From a virus, in IMG/VR virus record IMGVR_UViG_3300037087_000046, positions 1 through 64,000 of that record: a stretch of 64,000 bases of DNA; one strand, 5' to 3'. Below are positions 51,008 through 62,175 of this stretch, piece after piece. The number at the start of each line of letters is the position of its first letter. Position 1 is the first letter of the stretch. The notes under the pieces are model-generated. The model did no database searches, was not told the origin of the DNA, and worked only from the letters and a program-made list of their open reading frames with translations. The position numbers and the translations under genes were made by a program.

Positions 51008-51475
51008 GTGTGGAGGTGTACAGGGTTAAGAAGGATGGTACTTTGGTTCCCATGCTGTAGGAAAGTGTTTGACAAGAAAGGAATACGAGCCGTGCTAACA
51101 ATCTATTTTTGTGGACAAAATGTAAAGGTTCCACGCGAGTTTGATTATCCTATCCCATGTGCCCACCCGAAAGACCAAGTGGCTTTTGCCCGTTCTATTG
51201 CTAAACGGGTTAATGCAGGTGAAGACATCCACCTTGCTACCAATAGCGACCATATGGTAAAGGAGTTCAATATCCTTATTGGTCTATGGGGAAAACCAGA
51301 ATTAGCAGATGAATGGGGTTATAGCCCTGATGAAGTATTACACCACTCTGATGTAATATGCTATGATGGGGAACCCTGTGATATTAACCAGCCGGAAGGT
51401 ATTGAACTTAAAAGCGTTGATGAGGTTATTGATAGACAAAACAATATCTGTGATGCAATTTTCTGGAGAGACTAA
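51008..51475 (+). CDS. ABC/AAA-ATPase C-terminal-like fragment (DUF3696-like)
   Basis: AHPKDQV...IHLATNSDHM resembles the LHP..Q...THS end of ABC ATPases; no Walker A; start uncertain. Confidence 0.45.
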   Translation: MWRCTGLRRMVLWFPCCRKVFDKKGIRAVLTIYFCGQNVKVPREFDYPIPCAHPKDQVAFARSIAKRVNAGEDIHLATNSDHMVKEFNILIGLWGKPELADEWGYSPDEVLHHSDVICYDGEPCDINQPEGIELKSVDEVIDRQNNICDAIFWRD

Positions 51476-51537
51476 AGAAGCATTGCAGTATTATTTGCAA
51501 GCCAAAACTAACATACGGATGGGAACTGAATGAAACT

Positions 51538-52320
51538 ATGAAATTTAATTACTTAAAACTTGATGGGAAGATTTATTTTAAGCCAGAGGGGCAGTATTCT
51601 GAAGTACCCTCATTCCTGTTGTTTGATGGGGTAGTACCGGGAAACACATACTTGTCTTATTGGAAAGTGGTGAATGCTATCCCCCAGCGCGTATGTAAGA
51701 AACCCTACACCAAAAGCAAATATATGCTTAAAGAAGGTATGCCCGAAGGTATGGATAAGGAATTGCGTGGTCTGCCAGATGATTCCCTACAACCTTGTTA
51801 TGATAAGGTGTCATGGGAAGTACCTGAAGAAGATATTGAGGTTGAATGGGTTTGCCTGGGTGAATACAATCTCACGCCCTGTCAGCCCTTAAAGAACTTG
51901 CAAACGCCCACCCCCGTTAAACTTACCGTTCCAGAAATTGCCCACCAAGCATTCCCCTGTAGTCTGGACAGTCAGGATAGTTTCAACGTCATCCGTGAAT
52001 ATGTCAAACAGAACATTGACCTTAAATGGGCTTCAATCACCTCAGACTATGATTTCTGCCTGACAGTGAAAAAAGTTATACCCTATTATGAGCCTACCAA
52101 GAAACTGGTTAATAACCGTGCCACTACCATTTTTGAGTGTGCTCCCAAAACACATAAGGGGGTACATGAGGGTTATACCCAGTGCCCATCATTTAGTGGA
52201 AATACCCACCAAGAGTTGCTGGATAACATTGATAACTACCTACAAGGGTTAATCAAAATAATTAACGAGCCACTGGTTGATTGCCCACACTGCAAAGGAA
52301 CTGGCGTATGCAACGTATAA
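51538..52320 (+). CDS. conserved phage hypothetical protein with C-terminal CxxCxGxG
   Basis: ITSDYDFCLTVKK...CPHCKGTG. Confidence 0.65.
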   Translation: MKFNYLKLDGKIYFKPEGQYSEVPSFLLFDGVVPGNTYLSYWKVVNAIPQRVCKKPYTKSKYMLKEGMPEGMDKELRGLPDDSLQPCYDKVSWEVPEEDIEVEWVCLGEYNLTPCQPLKNLQTPTPVKLTVPEIAHQAFPCSLDSQDSFNVIREYVKQNIDLKWASITSDYDFCLTVKKVIPYYEPTKKLVNNRATTIFECAPKTHKGVHEGYTQCPSFSGNTHQELLDNIDNYLQGLIKIINEPLVDCPHCKGTGVCNV

Positions 52321-53102
52321 CTGTCCCTACGGGGGACATTTTAATCAAAGATGGTATGGAATTTTTATCGTTGGGTGACTATGGGGCAGTTCTGCATGGG
52401 GACTTACTCCCACTTGAAACTAAGTGGGTTATTACAATATCAACACAATATGGCTGCTCCATGATGTGTAAATTTTGTGATGTCCCCAAGGTAGGTCCAG
52501 GAAAAAATATACCCATTCAACACCTTATGGAACAGGTTATTATTGCAAGGAGCCTCCACCCTGAAGTAACATCCTGTGACAGATTAAATGTCCATTTTGC
52601 CCGTATGGGTGAACCCAGTTGGAACCCAGATGTAATTAAATGTGCCAAGACATTGAAGTTTTTATACCCCGGTTTTATCGTACACCCTGTGGTAAGCACC
52701 ATGCTCCCTAAAGACAATAAGAACCTTCATGGGTTCTTATCTGATTGGATACACATTAAAAACGATGTCTATGATGGTAATGCCGGACTCCAATTCTCTA
52801 TCAATTCCACAGATGAAGTAGAGCGTGCAGAAATGTTTAGTGGGAACTGTATGTCATTGGAACAAATTAGTTGTATGATGGATACCCTCCCCCACCCAAA
52901 GGGTAGGAAAATTACACTGAACTTTGCCTTGGCAAACTATACAATTGACCCCATAACTCTGCTTAATTTCTTTGACCCGGATGACTATATAATTAAGTTG
53001 ACACCCATGCATGGGTTGGAAACACCACAGGGGTATGAGAAAATTGCAGATGATTGTAGGAATGCCGGGTATGATGTCGAGGACTTAGGTAGGATTACTT
53101 GA
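52308..53102 (+). CDS. RlmN/Cfr-like radical SAM protein (possibly degenerate)
   Basis: ISTQYGCSMMCKFC, RMGEP, LQFSINS. Confidence 0.8.
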   Translation: MQRITVPTGDILIKDGMEFLSLGDYGAVLHGDLLPLETKWVITISTQYGCSMMCKFCDVPKVGPGKNIPIQHLMEQVIIARSLHPEVTSCDRLNVHFARMGEPSWNPDVIKCAKTLKFLYPGFIVHPVVSTMLPKDNKNLHGFLSDWIHIKNDVYDGNAGLQFSINSTDEVERAEMFSGNCMSLEQISCMMDTLPHPKGRKITLNFALANYTIDPITLLNFFDPDDYIIKLTPMHGLETPQGYEKIADDCRNAGYDVEDLGRIT

Positions 53103-53115
53103 CGGAGTATACTGT

Positions 53116-53637
53116 ATGCAATTCATAGGAATACAACCATGCTCCCTTGTTGATTGGCCTGGGCACCCTTGTGTAACCGTTTTTACACAAGGGTGTAACA
53201 TGCGCTGCTACTATTGTCATAACAATTTTGGCAACAGTGGTACACTGTTGGACTACATGCAAGATATTATTTCTTCTCCATTGCACTATGTAATTATTTC
53301 TGGTGGAGAACCTACCATACATAATGACTTGCCCGAATTGGTACATGATTTACGGTACTACCGTAAGAAGGTAGGTGTACACACCAATGGAACAAATTTA
53401 CAGTCCTTAAAGGACTGTCAGTTTGACTATATCGCTATGGATATTAAGGCACCGTTGGACAAGTACGAACTGGTTACCAGTTCGTTATTTGCCCCCTCGT
53501 CAAAGGTAATCAAATATGTTCGGGAGCATCCCGAACATACCTTCCGCTGCACCCTAAATAAACACTTGACAAAGGACGATGAACAACGTATCATTGATCT
53601 TGTTGGTGAGGATGTTAAATTCCAAAAGGAGAATTGA
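53116..53637 (+). CDS. nrdG: anaerobic RNR activating enzyme (radical SAM)
   Basis: SLVDWPG..VFTQGCNMRCYYCHN, SGGEPT, TNG, MDIKAP; nrdD is present. Confidence 0.8.
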   Translation: MQFIGIQPCSLVDWPGHPCVTVFTQGCNMRCYYCHNNFGNSGTLLDYMQDIISSPLHYVIISGGEPTIHNDLPELVHDLRYYRKKVGVHTNGTNLQSLKDCQFDYIAMDIKAPLDKYELVTSSLFAPSSKVIKYVREHPEHTFRCTLNKHLTKDDEQRIIDLVGEDVKFQKEN

Positions 53638-53877
53638 GATGGGGGCAATTAAATTTGGCTGCGTGTCCAGTGAGACACATTTAGGTGGTAGTTGGTGTTC
53701 CGATAAATGTGATTTATATAATGATATTTGGGGTGTGTGTACTGAAGATTGGGACTTACAACGTGGATATAATTGCCCTATTTTTGGGTACCCAGCAGGG
53801 GTGTATACGTTTGATTTAGCCATTAAACGATGTTGCGTGTGTGGATTTATCGAATGCAGCGCCGAGGAAGCCCTGAA

Positions 53878-54177
53878 ATGAAACCTTGCCCATTTTGTAG
53901 TGGAGAAGGACATATTTGGCGGGACGCTTTTATTGTCTGTTATGATTGTGGTGCTCTCACTAAGAGGGGGCATTCCTCCCTAAAATCCGCCGTTAATGGT
54001 TGGGATAGTGGTAGGGTGATGCACATCCAGGATGCCCTACTGCCCAAGTATACCAAATGGGGTGAAGAAAAGCGTCCCAGGGGCTGGGAGATGATTGAAA
54101 ATCTCAAGAAAAGAATTGTTGGTGGGGCTAATTTGTCCCCTTATGAGTCACTTGTTAAGTGGTTAGTTTATGTATGA
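53878..54177 (+). CDS. Lar-like (restriction alleviation) Zn-ribbon protein
   Basis: MKPCPFCSG...CYDCGA....AV..W. Confidence 0.55.
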   Translation: MKPCPFCSGEGHIWRDAFIVCYDCGALTKRGHSSLKSAVNGWDSGRVMHIQDALLPKYTKWGEEKRPRGWEMIENLKKRIVGGANLSPYESLVKWLVYV

Positions 54178-54490
54178 GCAATCTGGAATGAATTTTTGGG
54201 TAGCAACAAAGTTAGTTAGGGTGGGATAGTGAACCTTTATGACTTTCTCAAAAAACGGCGTCAGGATTTTGATCAGTTTTAGTAGGTGAGTCAGTGATTC
54301 CACCAAAAGTAAAAAAGAATTTAACCAAATAAGTGGGCTTGTTAGTATTACTTACCCAAATGGTTTTGTCTTGTTACCGGAAAACTAACAACCTACCCGT
54401 TAAAATAACTTGCATTTTGGTCCCCAGAACGTATCCTTATATATGGGCACAAAAATACCCTAATTTTGGTCAAAATGAGGGTATGCCAAA

Positions 54491-54515
54491 ATAAAGCCTC
54501 TCAGGAGGCTTTTTA
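54491..54515. terminator. terminator-like hairpin in the convergent intergenic region
   Basis: AAAGCCTC-TCAG-GAGGCTTT plus T run. Confidence 0.6.
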
Positions 54516-56436
54516 TGTCTTGTCCGCCCAACCGGAGGGATGCCCCTCCTAAAGTGCCACCACGGGGCTGGAATAGGGCTTCCTGCCCTATTAGAATTGT
54601 TTAGTCTGTCTGTAGAATGACACTTGCCCAAAATAGGGCAAAAATGCCCTTCCTGACTCGTTTCTGATTTTTTCACTGAATTACCCCGAAAATCCATTCA
54701 TACAAACACGTTTACCAACATTAAATTTATCCATTGCGAATTTTCAAAAAAACGTTCTTAAAGTCCTTTTCACACATTTTTCACTCTTTAATGTTTTATT
54801 TTATCAGTAACCTTTAGGTAAGATTTAACTTAACTGGTTACCCACTTCTTGTACATACGGTGTGCCTCCTCTTTCATGTTACTCTCCCCAAATGCGTTGG
54901 CATAGGTATCTGGCACGTTGTACAGCAATGTGCTGGTTGTAAGCATCTCCCAGTTCGACACAGGTAGAAATTAGCCAACCTGCATAATATTCCCTGGTTA
55001 CAGCCATAGATACTGTAGGAGGATAAAAACAAAACCCTAATCTATTAAGGGTATGAATACAATCTTCAATTTCTGAGTAACGCACCTCTCTCATTGGGAG
55101 TTTATCCGGGCGTGATACCTTTTGGCTGTATAGATTCATCTCACCACCTCTTTCTGATATTGTTTGACAAGTTCCTCAAGCATCTTGATTGCAATGACTA
55201 ACTCATCTGGGCAGGTTTCCACTTGCGCCATATCCCATTTACCATTACGGCGATTGTATTGCACATCATCCTGGCTCAGGTAGATGCACCAGTCAGGTGT
55301 TTCAAGGATAAAGATGTTTCCGCCTTTGGTTAGGGATAAACCTTCCCAGTGGCCTTGCTCAAGCAGTTCAGCGATTCGGCGTAGTATCATTTGATTGTAT
55401 TCCCCCAGTCATCTTCTGTCCGATTTCCATTATATGCTTCTACCCGTATCTCTCTGATGGGGATTACTCTAACGCATTTGCCACAACAAGGTACAGTTGT
55501 TAGCTTCCTATTACCGTAGGCTTCCACGTTATACACTACGTTGTCAGGTAGTTCAACTTCTTTCCCACAATGGGGGCATGTGATAATCATCGTCTCTTGT
55601 CTCCGATACAAAGGGCTGGGATTATGAGGCAAAGGGCAAAAACAGTTTGCCAGATAAAACACGATACATTAGTGGTTGCTAACATGATTATCTCCCTGGC
55701 GTTTGTGACGTTTTATACATGCTTCTACATGTATCCGTAGGTTTTCTGGGTCGGTGGCGTATGCTTTAGCCGCCTTGCTGCGAAGGCTTCCCCAGATAAC
55801 TCTTGCCCTAATCATAGGGTGATATATGTGATTGAACGCAGAATTTCTTACATTAACATTGGGTGTTAGCATGATTATCTCCCTGGGTGATTCAATACCT
55901 TGAAAATGCCCTTCGGAGTCAATCTTCCCCTCAGACTGGAATTTTCTGAATAGCCTTGCCATTGCAGCGGCATTATCTAACCGCTTGCTCAGGTCTACTT
56001 CTTCGGGTGTTAGCATGATTTAGTTCTCCTTTAGGATTGCCCCCAGATAGTGCATTATAGACCACTGGCGGACGTTGTTAGTTGTATAGATTGCTGATAA
56101 TTCAAACAAAAGGTTCCCAGCGTCTTCTTTTAGGGCAAATTCAAGCATTGATTGAACAATAGCGTCTTGCCGGAACGCTTCTGGGAATCTATCATAAAAG
56201 CCTTTCCAAAGCAAGGAAAAAAACATTAGTCAAAATCCCCCATTTCTCTGCACAGTGATTCAAACTCCTGTTGCTCGGCCTCATATTCCTGGTCTTCTGT
56301 TTCCATTGTGTCAAAGTCTTTGTCCATTTTTTATTTCCTTTCGATTTTATTTGTCAGGGGGAGACAAACATTGACTCCCCCTGTTGCCCCACGCCTGAGA
56401 ACGTGGCGGCAAACTAAAACTTTTGTAACTGTCTGG

Positions 56437-57150
<714 letters not shown>

Positions 57151-57424
57151 TTCCTACCTCTCTCCCGCTTGTGCGGCCTCCGATGTGGTTCCTCTTGTGG
57201 TGTAGGTGTACGTTTTGGTACACTCTATAAAGTGTGTCATAATGATACACTTTTAATGACGACTTGCTGTGTCGTTATTCCTAAGTCCAGCAAATTCAAT
57301 TTTTTTAAAGATTCTGTGCATGATCATTCAAAGATTGCATTTTGCAAGGTCGTCAAATATTTGACACATGATTAGTCAAAATATTGACACAGATGTTCCA
57401 AAACGAACACCGAAAGAACCATAA

Positions 57425-57440
57425 GACAAGAATCGTGCCA
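57425..57440 (-). promoter_or_regulatory. sigma54-like site (imperfect -12)
   Basis: TGGCAC-GATTC-TTGTC. Confidence 0.35.
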
Positions 57441-57679
57441 AGATTATACGGTTAAAACCATCCTTCCCAGAAGAAGATGCACACCCCGGCGATAAAGAAA
57501 AGGAGACCATAGAACAGATAATCAAATCGTTTAACGCCATTGATAAGAAAAAGGATAATCGCGATGATAAAAAACGGTGTAGAAATCATTTTACCACCTC
57601 CCAAGGGCAATCATAAATGCCACAAAAACATCAGGATGAAAAGCAAATTCGGGTCGTTCGAGAAGCAATTGTTCGGGTT

Positions 57680-58159
57680 TCATAGTAATTCGCTCGCATA
57701 TCCGTTGAAGTATTCCCCACGAATCACAGAACGCAGTTCTGAGAAAGAACCAAAATTAAATTCTGACTGGTGTTCCCGGATATACTCAATGCGTTCGGGT
57801 GGAGTAAAGCAATCCCTCCAAACATCGTTGGCCGCTTCACATTCCATCTCGCTGAATTTGTCTGCATCCAGAATTGGATAATCGGAAAGGGACTTTTCGA
57901 TTTTGCACGCGATAATAAACTCTTCTGTGTCCAGGCGCACATATATTTCTTCAATCCATCCGCACGCCCAATGATCGTACCGTTCTACCCGGACGTTTTC
58001 GGATTCTCCTCCAAGCATTTCGAGTGCAACCTGGAAGTTGCATTCTTCCCAAATTTCAGAGTCACGGGAGCGTCCGGCAACCCCATACCAGTCTTGGTAT
58101 TCGCTATCGTCTCCGGCAAAATTTGTGCAACCTGCCATTTGTTCTTTTCGTGTTTTCAT
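57680..58159 (-). CDS. conserved phage early hypothetical protein
   Basis: RSRDS...NF...HWACGWIE...DYPILD; AAGGA RBS. Confidence 0.65.
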   Translation of the reverse strand: MKTRKEQMAGCTNFAGDDSEYQDWYGVAGRSRDSEIWEECNFQVALEMLGGESENVRVERYDHWACGWIEEIYVRLDTEEFIIACKIEKSLSDYPILDADKFSEMECEAANDVWRDCFTPPERIEYIREHQSEFNFGSFSELRSVIRGEYFNGYASELL

Positions 58160-58984
58160 GGTATCAGTCCTTTTTTCATCCAGAAAGTTTTTCCACAACT
58201 TGCACAACAAACTACATCGGAGTCAAGATGTAATTCTGCCCCACACTCGCCTCTTGCTTCCGCCTCCTTGCGGATTTCATCGAGTATGATTCTACAAAGT
58301 GAATCTCTTTTTTTATCATTCAAACCGGACAATTTATGTCCTTTGCTCTTGATAAGTTTGTCACGCTCTTCGGTTGAGTAAGAGGGAACAAATTCCGGCT
58401 TTTCATTTCCCATATAGCGATAATGACCAAGTCCACCAAGGGCGTGATATTTTTCGTTCCATAGAAAACAGAGAACTCTGTTAGTTGTATCACCTGAATC
58501 TTCGCGCTTCCGCCTCTTCAATGGGATAATCATAATCCGGCTTGCGGATAGGCGGTTTTCGGTAGGGTTTAGAAAGTTTCTTTAGCAGTGCTTCAGAAGG
58601 CACGCCAAAGACTTTATAAACCCCGTTAGGGGTTGTGATATTCATTTCACAACCTCCAAGTCAGTATAGCCAATTTTTACAAGTTCATCCAGCAGGTCCT
58701 GATACTCCGGGGGTGTAGCGCGTCTAAGCCGAAGATTTTTTGAGCATGCGCCATGCTGAACGTCGCCCTCTGGAAATTTGCGGAATTTAACACGCTGCAA
58801 TCGTTTCCAGTTATCCATCCAATTAGGTGGATTGATATGTTTTTCGATTCGTCGATACATGCGGAGTGCCTCTTTAAGCGGAGATTGCCCATTGAATATC
58901 AAGAGGGCTGATTGTGGTTTTCCAAGTTCCGTATTTAAAACTCCTGTATGATGATTCCGCGTTCGTCGGTTGTGAATGTTACTT

Positions 58985-59518
58985 TCATACCATCTTCCCC
59001 TCTAGGGTAAATTCATACCCATTCGCTTCGATTGTTTCAATGATACATTCCCGGCTTGTCAGATATTCATATTCCCGGCGCAAGATTGAAAGATACTGTT
59101 TCCCAAGATCATGGATAAGCCCATAGTTAAGGTCTTCGATTTTCTCTTCGATTTCCTCTTGACAAACTCTTAAACATTTCCGATAACCGCGATGATAATC
59201 AATATTTTCAACCCGCGCCAGTTTATCAAGATGGGGTTGTATTTTGTCAAGAAATACTTTGGCCAGTTTGTAGGTATCACACTCCATTCCATGTTCTTCA
59301 AGTATTTTTTTAGCCGTTCCGTAGGGATAATCACAATTCAGACTAATGGTTCCACGAAATGTGTTAAACTCCGTGATTTTAACGCCGACACGTTCCGCGT
59401 CCTCGTAAACGTATTGCCACCAGTCATAATCGGCGTTATCCCATTTTTCAATGATTTTATCCTGAACTTTTTCCGATAATTCGTTGAACTGGTAAACCCT
59501 CGTTGTTATTTCTCTCAT
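58985..59518 (-). CDS. conserved phage early hypothetical protein
   Basis: VYQFNELS...EYEYLTS...IEANGYEFTLEG. Confidence 0.7.
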   Translation of the reverse strand: MREITTRVYQFNELSEKVQDKIIEKWDNADYDWWQYVYEDAERVGVKITEFNTFRGTISLNCDYPYGTAKKILEEHGMECDTYKLAKVFLDKIQPHLDKLARVENIDYHRGYRKCLRVCQEEIEEKIEDLNYGLIHDLGKQYLSILRREYEYLTSRECIIETIEANGYEFTLEGKMV

Positions 59519-59519
59519 G

Positions 59520-59741
59520 TTAGAGTACCTCATCAAAAAACGATTGTGGTTTTGTGCCGCATTCCCGCCCATCAAGCCACTTGTTAATATGGCGGGTGGT
59601 TGTTACGCTCCATTTGTGTTCCGTGCGGTAGCAAGTGTCATCATTCATACAGATTGCAACAGGTGTTTGATAAGATACGAACACGGTCCCAAGTTTTGTA
59701 ACAACTTCTGTTTGATTTGCTGCAAGTAGTTTAATTTTCAT
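59520..59741 (-). CDS. small phage early protein
   Basis: VSYQTPVA...WSVTTTRHINKWL. Confidence 0.7.
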   Translation of the reverse strand: MKIKLLAANQTEVVTKLGTVFVSYQTPVAICMNDDTCYRTEHKWSVTTTRHINKWLDGRECGTKPQSFFDEVL

Positions 59742-59927
59742 GGTTTAAAACCCTTTCATAAGTTTTTGTGCATCCAAGATGTTTTGCCTCATACCATAAA
59801 ACCTTTGTTTCATAATGTTCTCCTTTATACTATTCGGTATTGTCCAGCATCATTCATTTCTGCGATGCCATAATGCACCATGCGCAATACATTGTCAAGC
59901 ATTATTTTATCAAATGTTATCCACATA

Positions 59928-60104
59928 TTAGTTACTCCCTAAGAGTTTTACCGCTATCCTCATGGCGCGGTTTTCATACGCCTTAATATCCGCTATACGC
60001 CGTATTGCTAATGGCATCTCTGCCATTGCTTCAGGCATGCCTTGGAGCATGCGCAACACCATACATCTGTTCTTAATATCATGCGCAATTTTGAGTCTGG
60101 ACAT
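59928..60104 (-). CDS. small hypothetical protein, first gene downstream of the sigma54-type promoter
   Basis: AAGGA RBS, then ATG at 60104. Confidence 0.5.
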   Translation of the reverse strand: MSRLKIAHDIKNRCMVLRMLQGMPEAMAEMPLAIRRIADIKAYENRAMRIAVKLLGSN

Positions 60105-60153
60105 TTTGTGGGTTCCTTTCGTGTCCTTCCCCCGCACCCCGCACCCACTACTA

Positions 60154-60169
60154 AGCAAGTGGCGTGCCA
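60154..60169 (-). promoter_or_regulatory. sigma54 (RpoN) -24/-12 promoter
   Basis: TGGCAC-GCCAC-TTGCT, exact consensus and spacing. Confidence 0.7.
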
Positions 60170-60196
60170 AGTTCTAAACAAAGTTAAGTGCAACAA

Positions 60197-60209
60197 AATC
60201 AATGCTTTA
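60197..60209 (+). promoter_or_regulatory. IHF-type binding site
   Basis: AATCAA-TGCT-TTA matches WATCAANNNNTTR. Confidence 0.55.
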
Positions 60210-60231
60210 CGTAAAATAGAAAAACCGCATT

Positions 60232-60318
60232 GTGTCCAAAGAAAAAGACACTGTGCGGCAAGGAAAACGTAGAACGTTGAAGTTGTTGTACTTAGGTGTG
60301 TCTAAAAATAAAGACACA
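60232..60318. promoter_or_regulatory. two dyad sites GTGTC-N10-GACAC (putative enhancer/UAS)
   Basis: 60232-60251 and 60298-60317, both with A-rich spacers. Confidence 0.55.
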
Positions 60319-60367
60319 AAATGCGTTATTCCAAAAGTTTGGACACATTACAGGGCTTGCGCTACAA

Positions 60368-60447
60368 TGGCACGCTGGCACGCTGGCACGCTGGCACGCT
60401 GGCACGCTGGCACGCTGGCACGCTGGCACGCTGGCACGCTGGCACGC
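60368..60447 (+). repeat. tandem array (TGGCACGC)10
   Basis: ten perfect 8-bp units plus a partial unit. Confidence 0.97.
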
Positions 60448-60630
60448 TGGCGCAATAAAACATTCATTGTTAGCATACTAATACGTCTTTTGTCATTATA
60501 CTTACTGTTTTTGTTTTCACAAGGGGGTGGGAGGGTTATTTTTGCTTACCAATTGGGTTTTGGCACGGGAAATGCTCCTACACCCTATTTGCGGATAGCC
60601 GGAATTTTTTAAATGGCAATAACTAAATGG

Positions 60631-60813
60631 TTAGCGTGGAATCTCCATCCAGTGTGTTACACCTTTAATCACTAAGGACTCTTCAAAGTCGGGGTGGATT
60701 AAATAAAAATAGTCCTCTTCTGAATATGCCCCAACATAATACCATGCCCCACACTTCAGTAGGACATCATCCCCTATGAAGGGTAAAACATCATTTACGC
60801 TAATCCAGTTCAT
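60631..60813 (-). CDS. DUF551-like protein
   Basis: MNWISVNDVLP...VTHWMEIP. Confidence 0.75.
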   Translation of the reverse strand: MNWISVNDVLPFIGDDVLLKCGAWYYVGAYSEEDYFYLIHPDFEESLVIKGVTHWMEIPR

Positions 60814-61741
60814 AGTTTTTCTTTCAGTGTCTTGTTAATGGCACAGAGTGTATTATTTATTAGCCAAAGGGAAACAACAATACAGCATAGTTGGAACTCA
60901 ATCATCATTTAGGCTCCTTCGGCATGGGAAACCAGTATTCTACTTCAACGTCTGAACCATATTCAGTTTCTTCCCAGTATTCACCATTCCATTTACCATA
61001 ACACGCTTCCCCTGATTCAGTACTGATGATAACCTGTTTACCAATAGCGGGTTGTTTTTCTTGTGCATCAATCCAAGTGTTCATCTCGAATAACTAACCC
61101 AACAAACACACAGGTTTTCAGTTTTATACCAAGGCAGGTCAACGTTATTATTTTTGCACCATTCTCTCATCCCCCCGTTCTGCCAATCCAGTTCTTCATC
61201 AAACCAAGAGCACTCAAGAAACCACGGGCGACGAACCCTGAGCCATTCTTTCACATCCCGTATTGTACCCTTAAAAGATTCCCCGATGTATGATTTTTGA
61301 AGCACGGGGTAGTCAACGTCACTTATTTGTACACAAACCACGGTACATTCACCATTACTATTGCCCCAAAACAGCATTCTGTTCATCTCGAAGCCTTTCA
61401 TATTCCTGTCCAAGTGGGGTCAGAACTTTACGTGGTGTAGCCTTACCATAATCATAAATCAGAACGTGGTCATCACAATCATGTACGGCCTTGTAATATG
61501 TTACGTTATGCTTATAAGGTGTACAACCAAAATAGAATAGAAAAAGTATGCATGTAAAATAACTAATAACAACAAAAACCTTAAATATCAAGCGGTGTAA
61601 TCTCCATCCAGTTGTTTTAGTACCGATTCATGTTTCTATGACTAAATGTCCAAGTTGTTCCCTCTGTAACAACAATCTGTCGGATTGCCCCACATATACC
61701 CGGCTTTTTCATAATACACTGTCGGGAACGCGTCTCGGTGT

Positions 61742-62146
61742 TTACAGGTCATTTAAAGCTTCTTTCTTATTAGTCCCCTGCACAGTGCCAAGAACCAACT
61801 CAATAGCAATTTTCTCTGCTACAATGGTGATGCACCGTTCAATTATATCAGACATAATTTTACCTGACATGTGCAGACCCACCAAATCATGGTCAGTGAT
61901 TTCAACCACATGGTCTTTCCCATTGAAAGTAAACTTATACACCAAAGACATGTAAAAATCTTTATGGTATTCATAAAGATTACCCAAAATCAGGTCTGGA
62001 GTATAAGCAGTCAACACAAGATTCCGCATTATTTTGTCTTTTAGGGAATCTAACTCATTCAAACTGGACGAAGTGTTAGGGGTATGGATGTCTACCTTTT
62101 GTGGATAATTTGGTGCAGTGTGTACGTTATAGAAGTTATTAAACAT
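61742..62146 (-). CDS. hypothetical protein, first gene after the promoter at 62176-62205
   Basis: AAAGGA RBS, promoter upstream. Confidence 0.6.
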   Translation of the reverse strand: MFNNFYNVHTAPNYPQKVDIHTPNTSSSLNELDSLKDKIMRNLVLTAYTPDLILGNLYEYHKDFYMSLVYKFTFNGKDHVVEITDHDLVGLHMSGKIMSDIIERCITIVAEKIAIELVLGTVQGTNKKEALNDL

Positions 62147-62175
62147 GTCTTGTCCTTTCGCAAACTACGAGATAG

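Noticed and set aside
60368-60447. Tandem repeat as a CRISPR array or as coding sequence (ORFs 60232..60612 and 60296..60481)
   Set aside because: No spacers and only an 8-bp unit; the ORFs are by-products of a stop-free repeat within a regulatory region.
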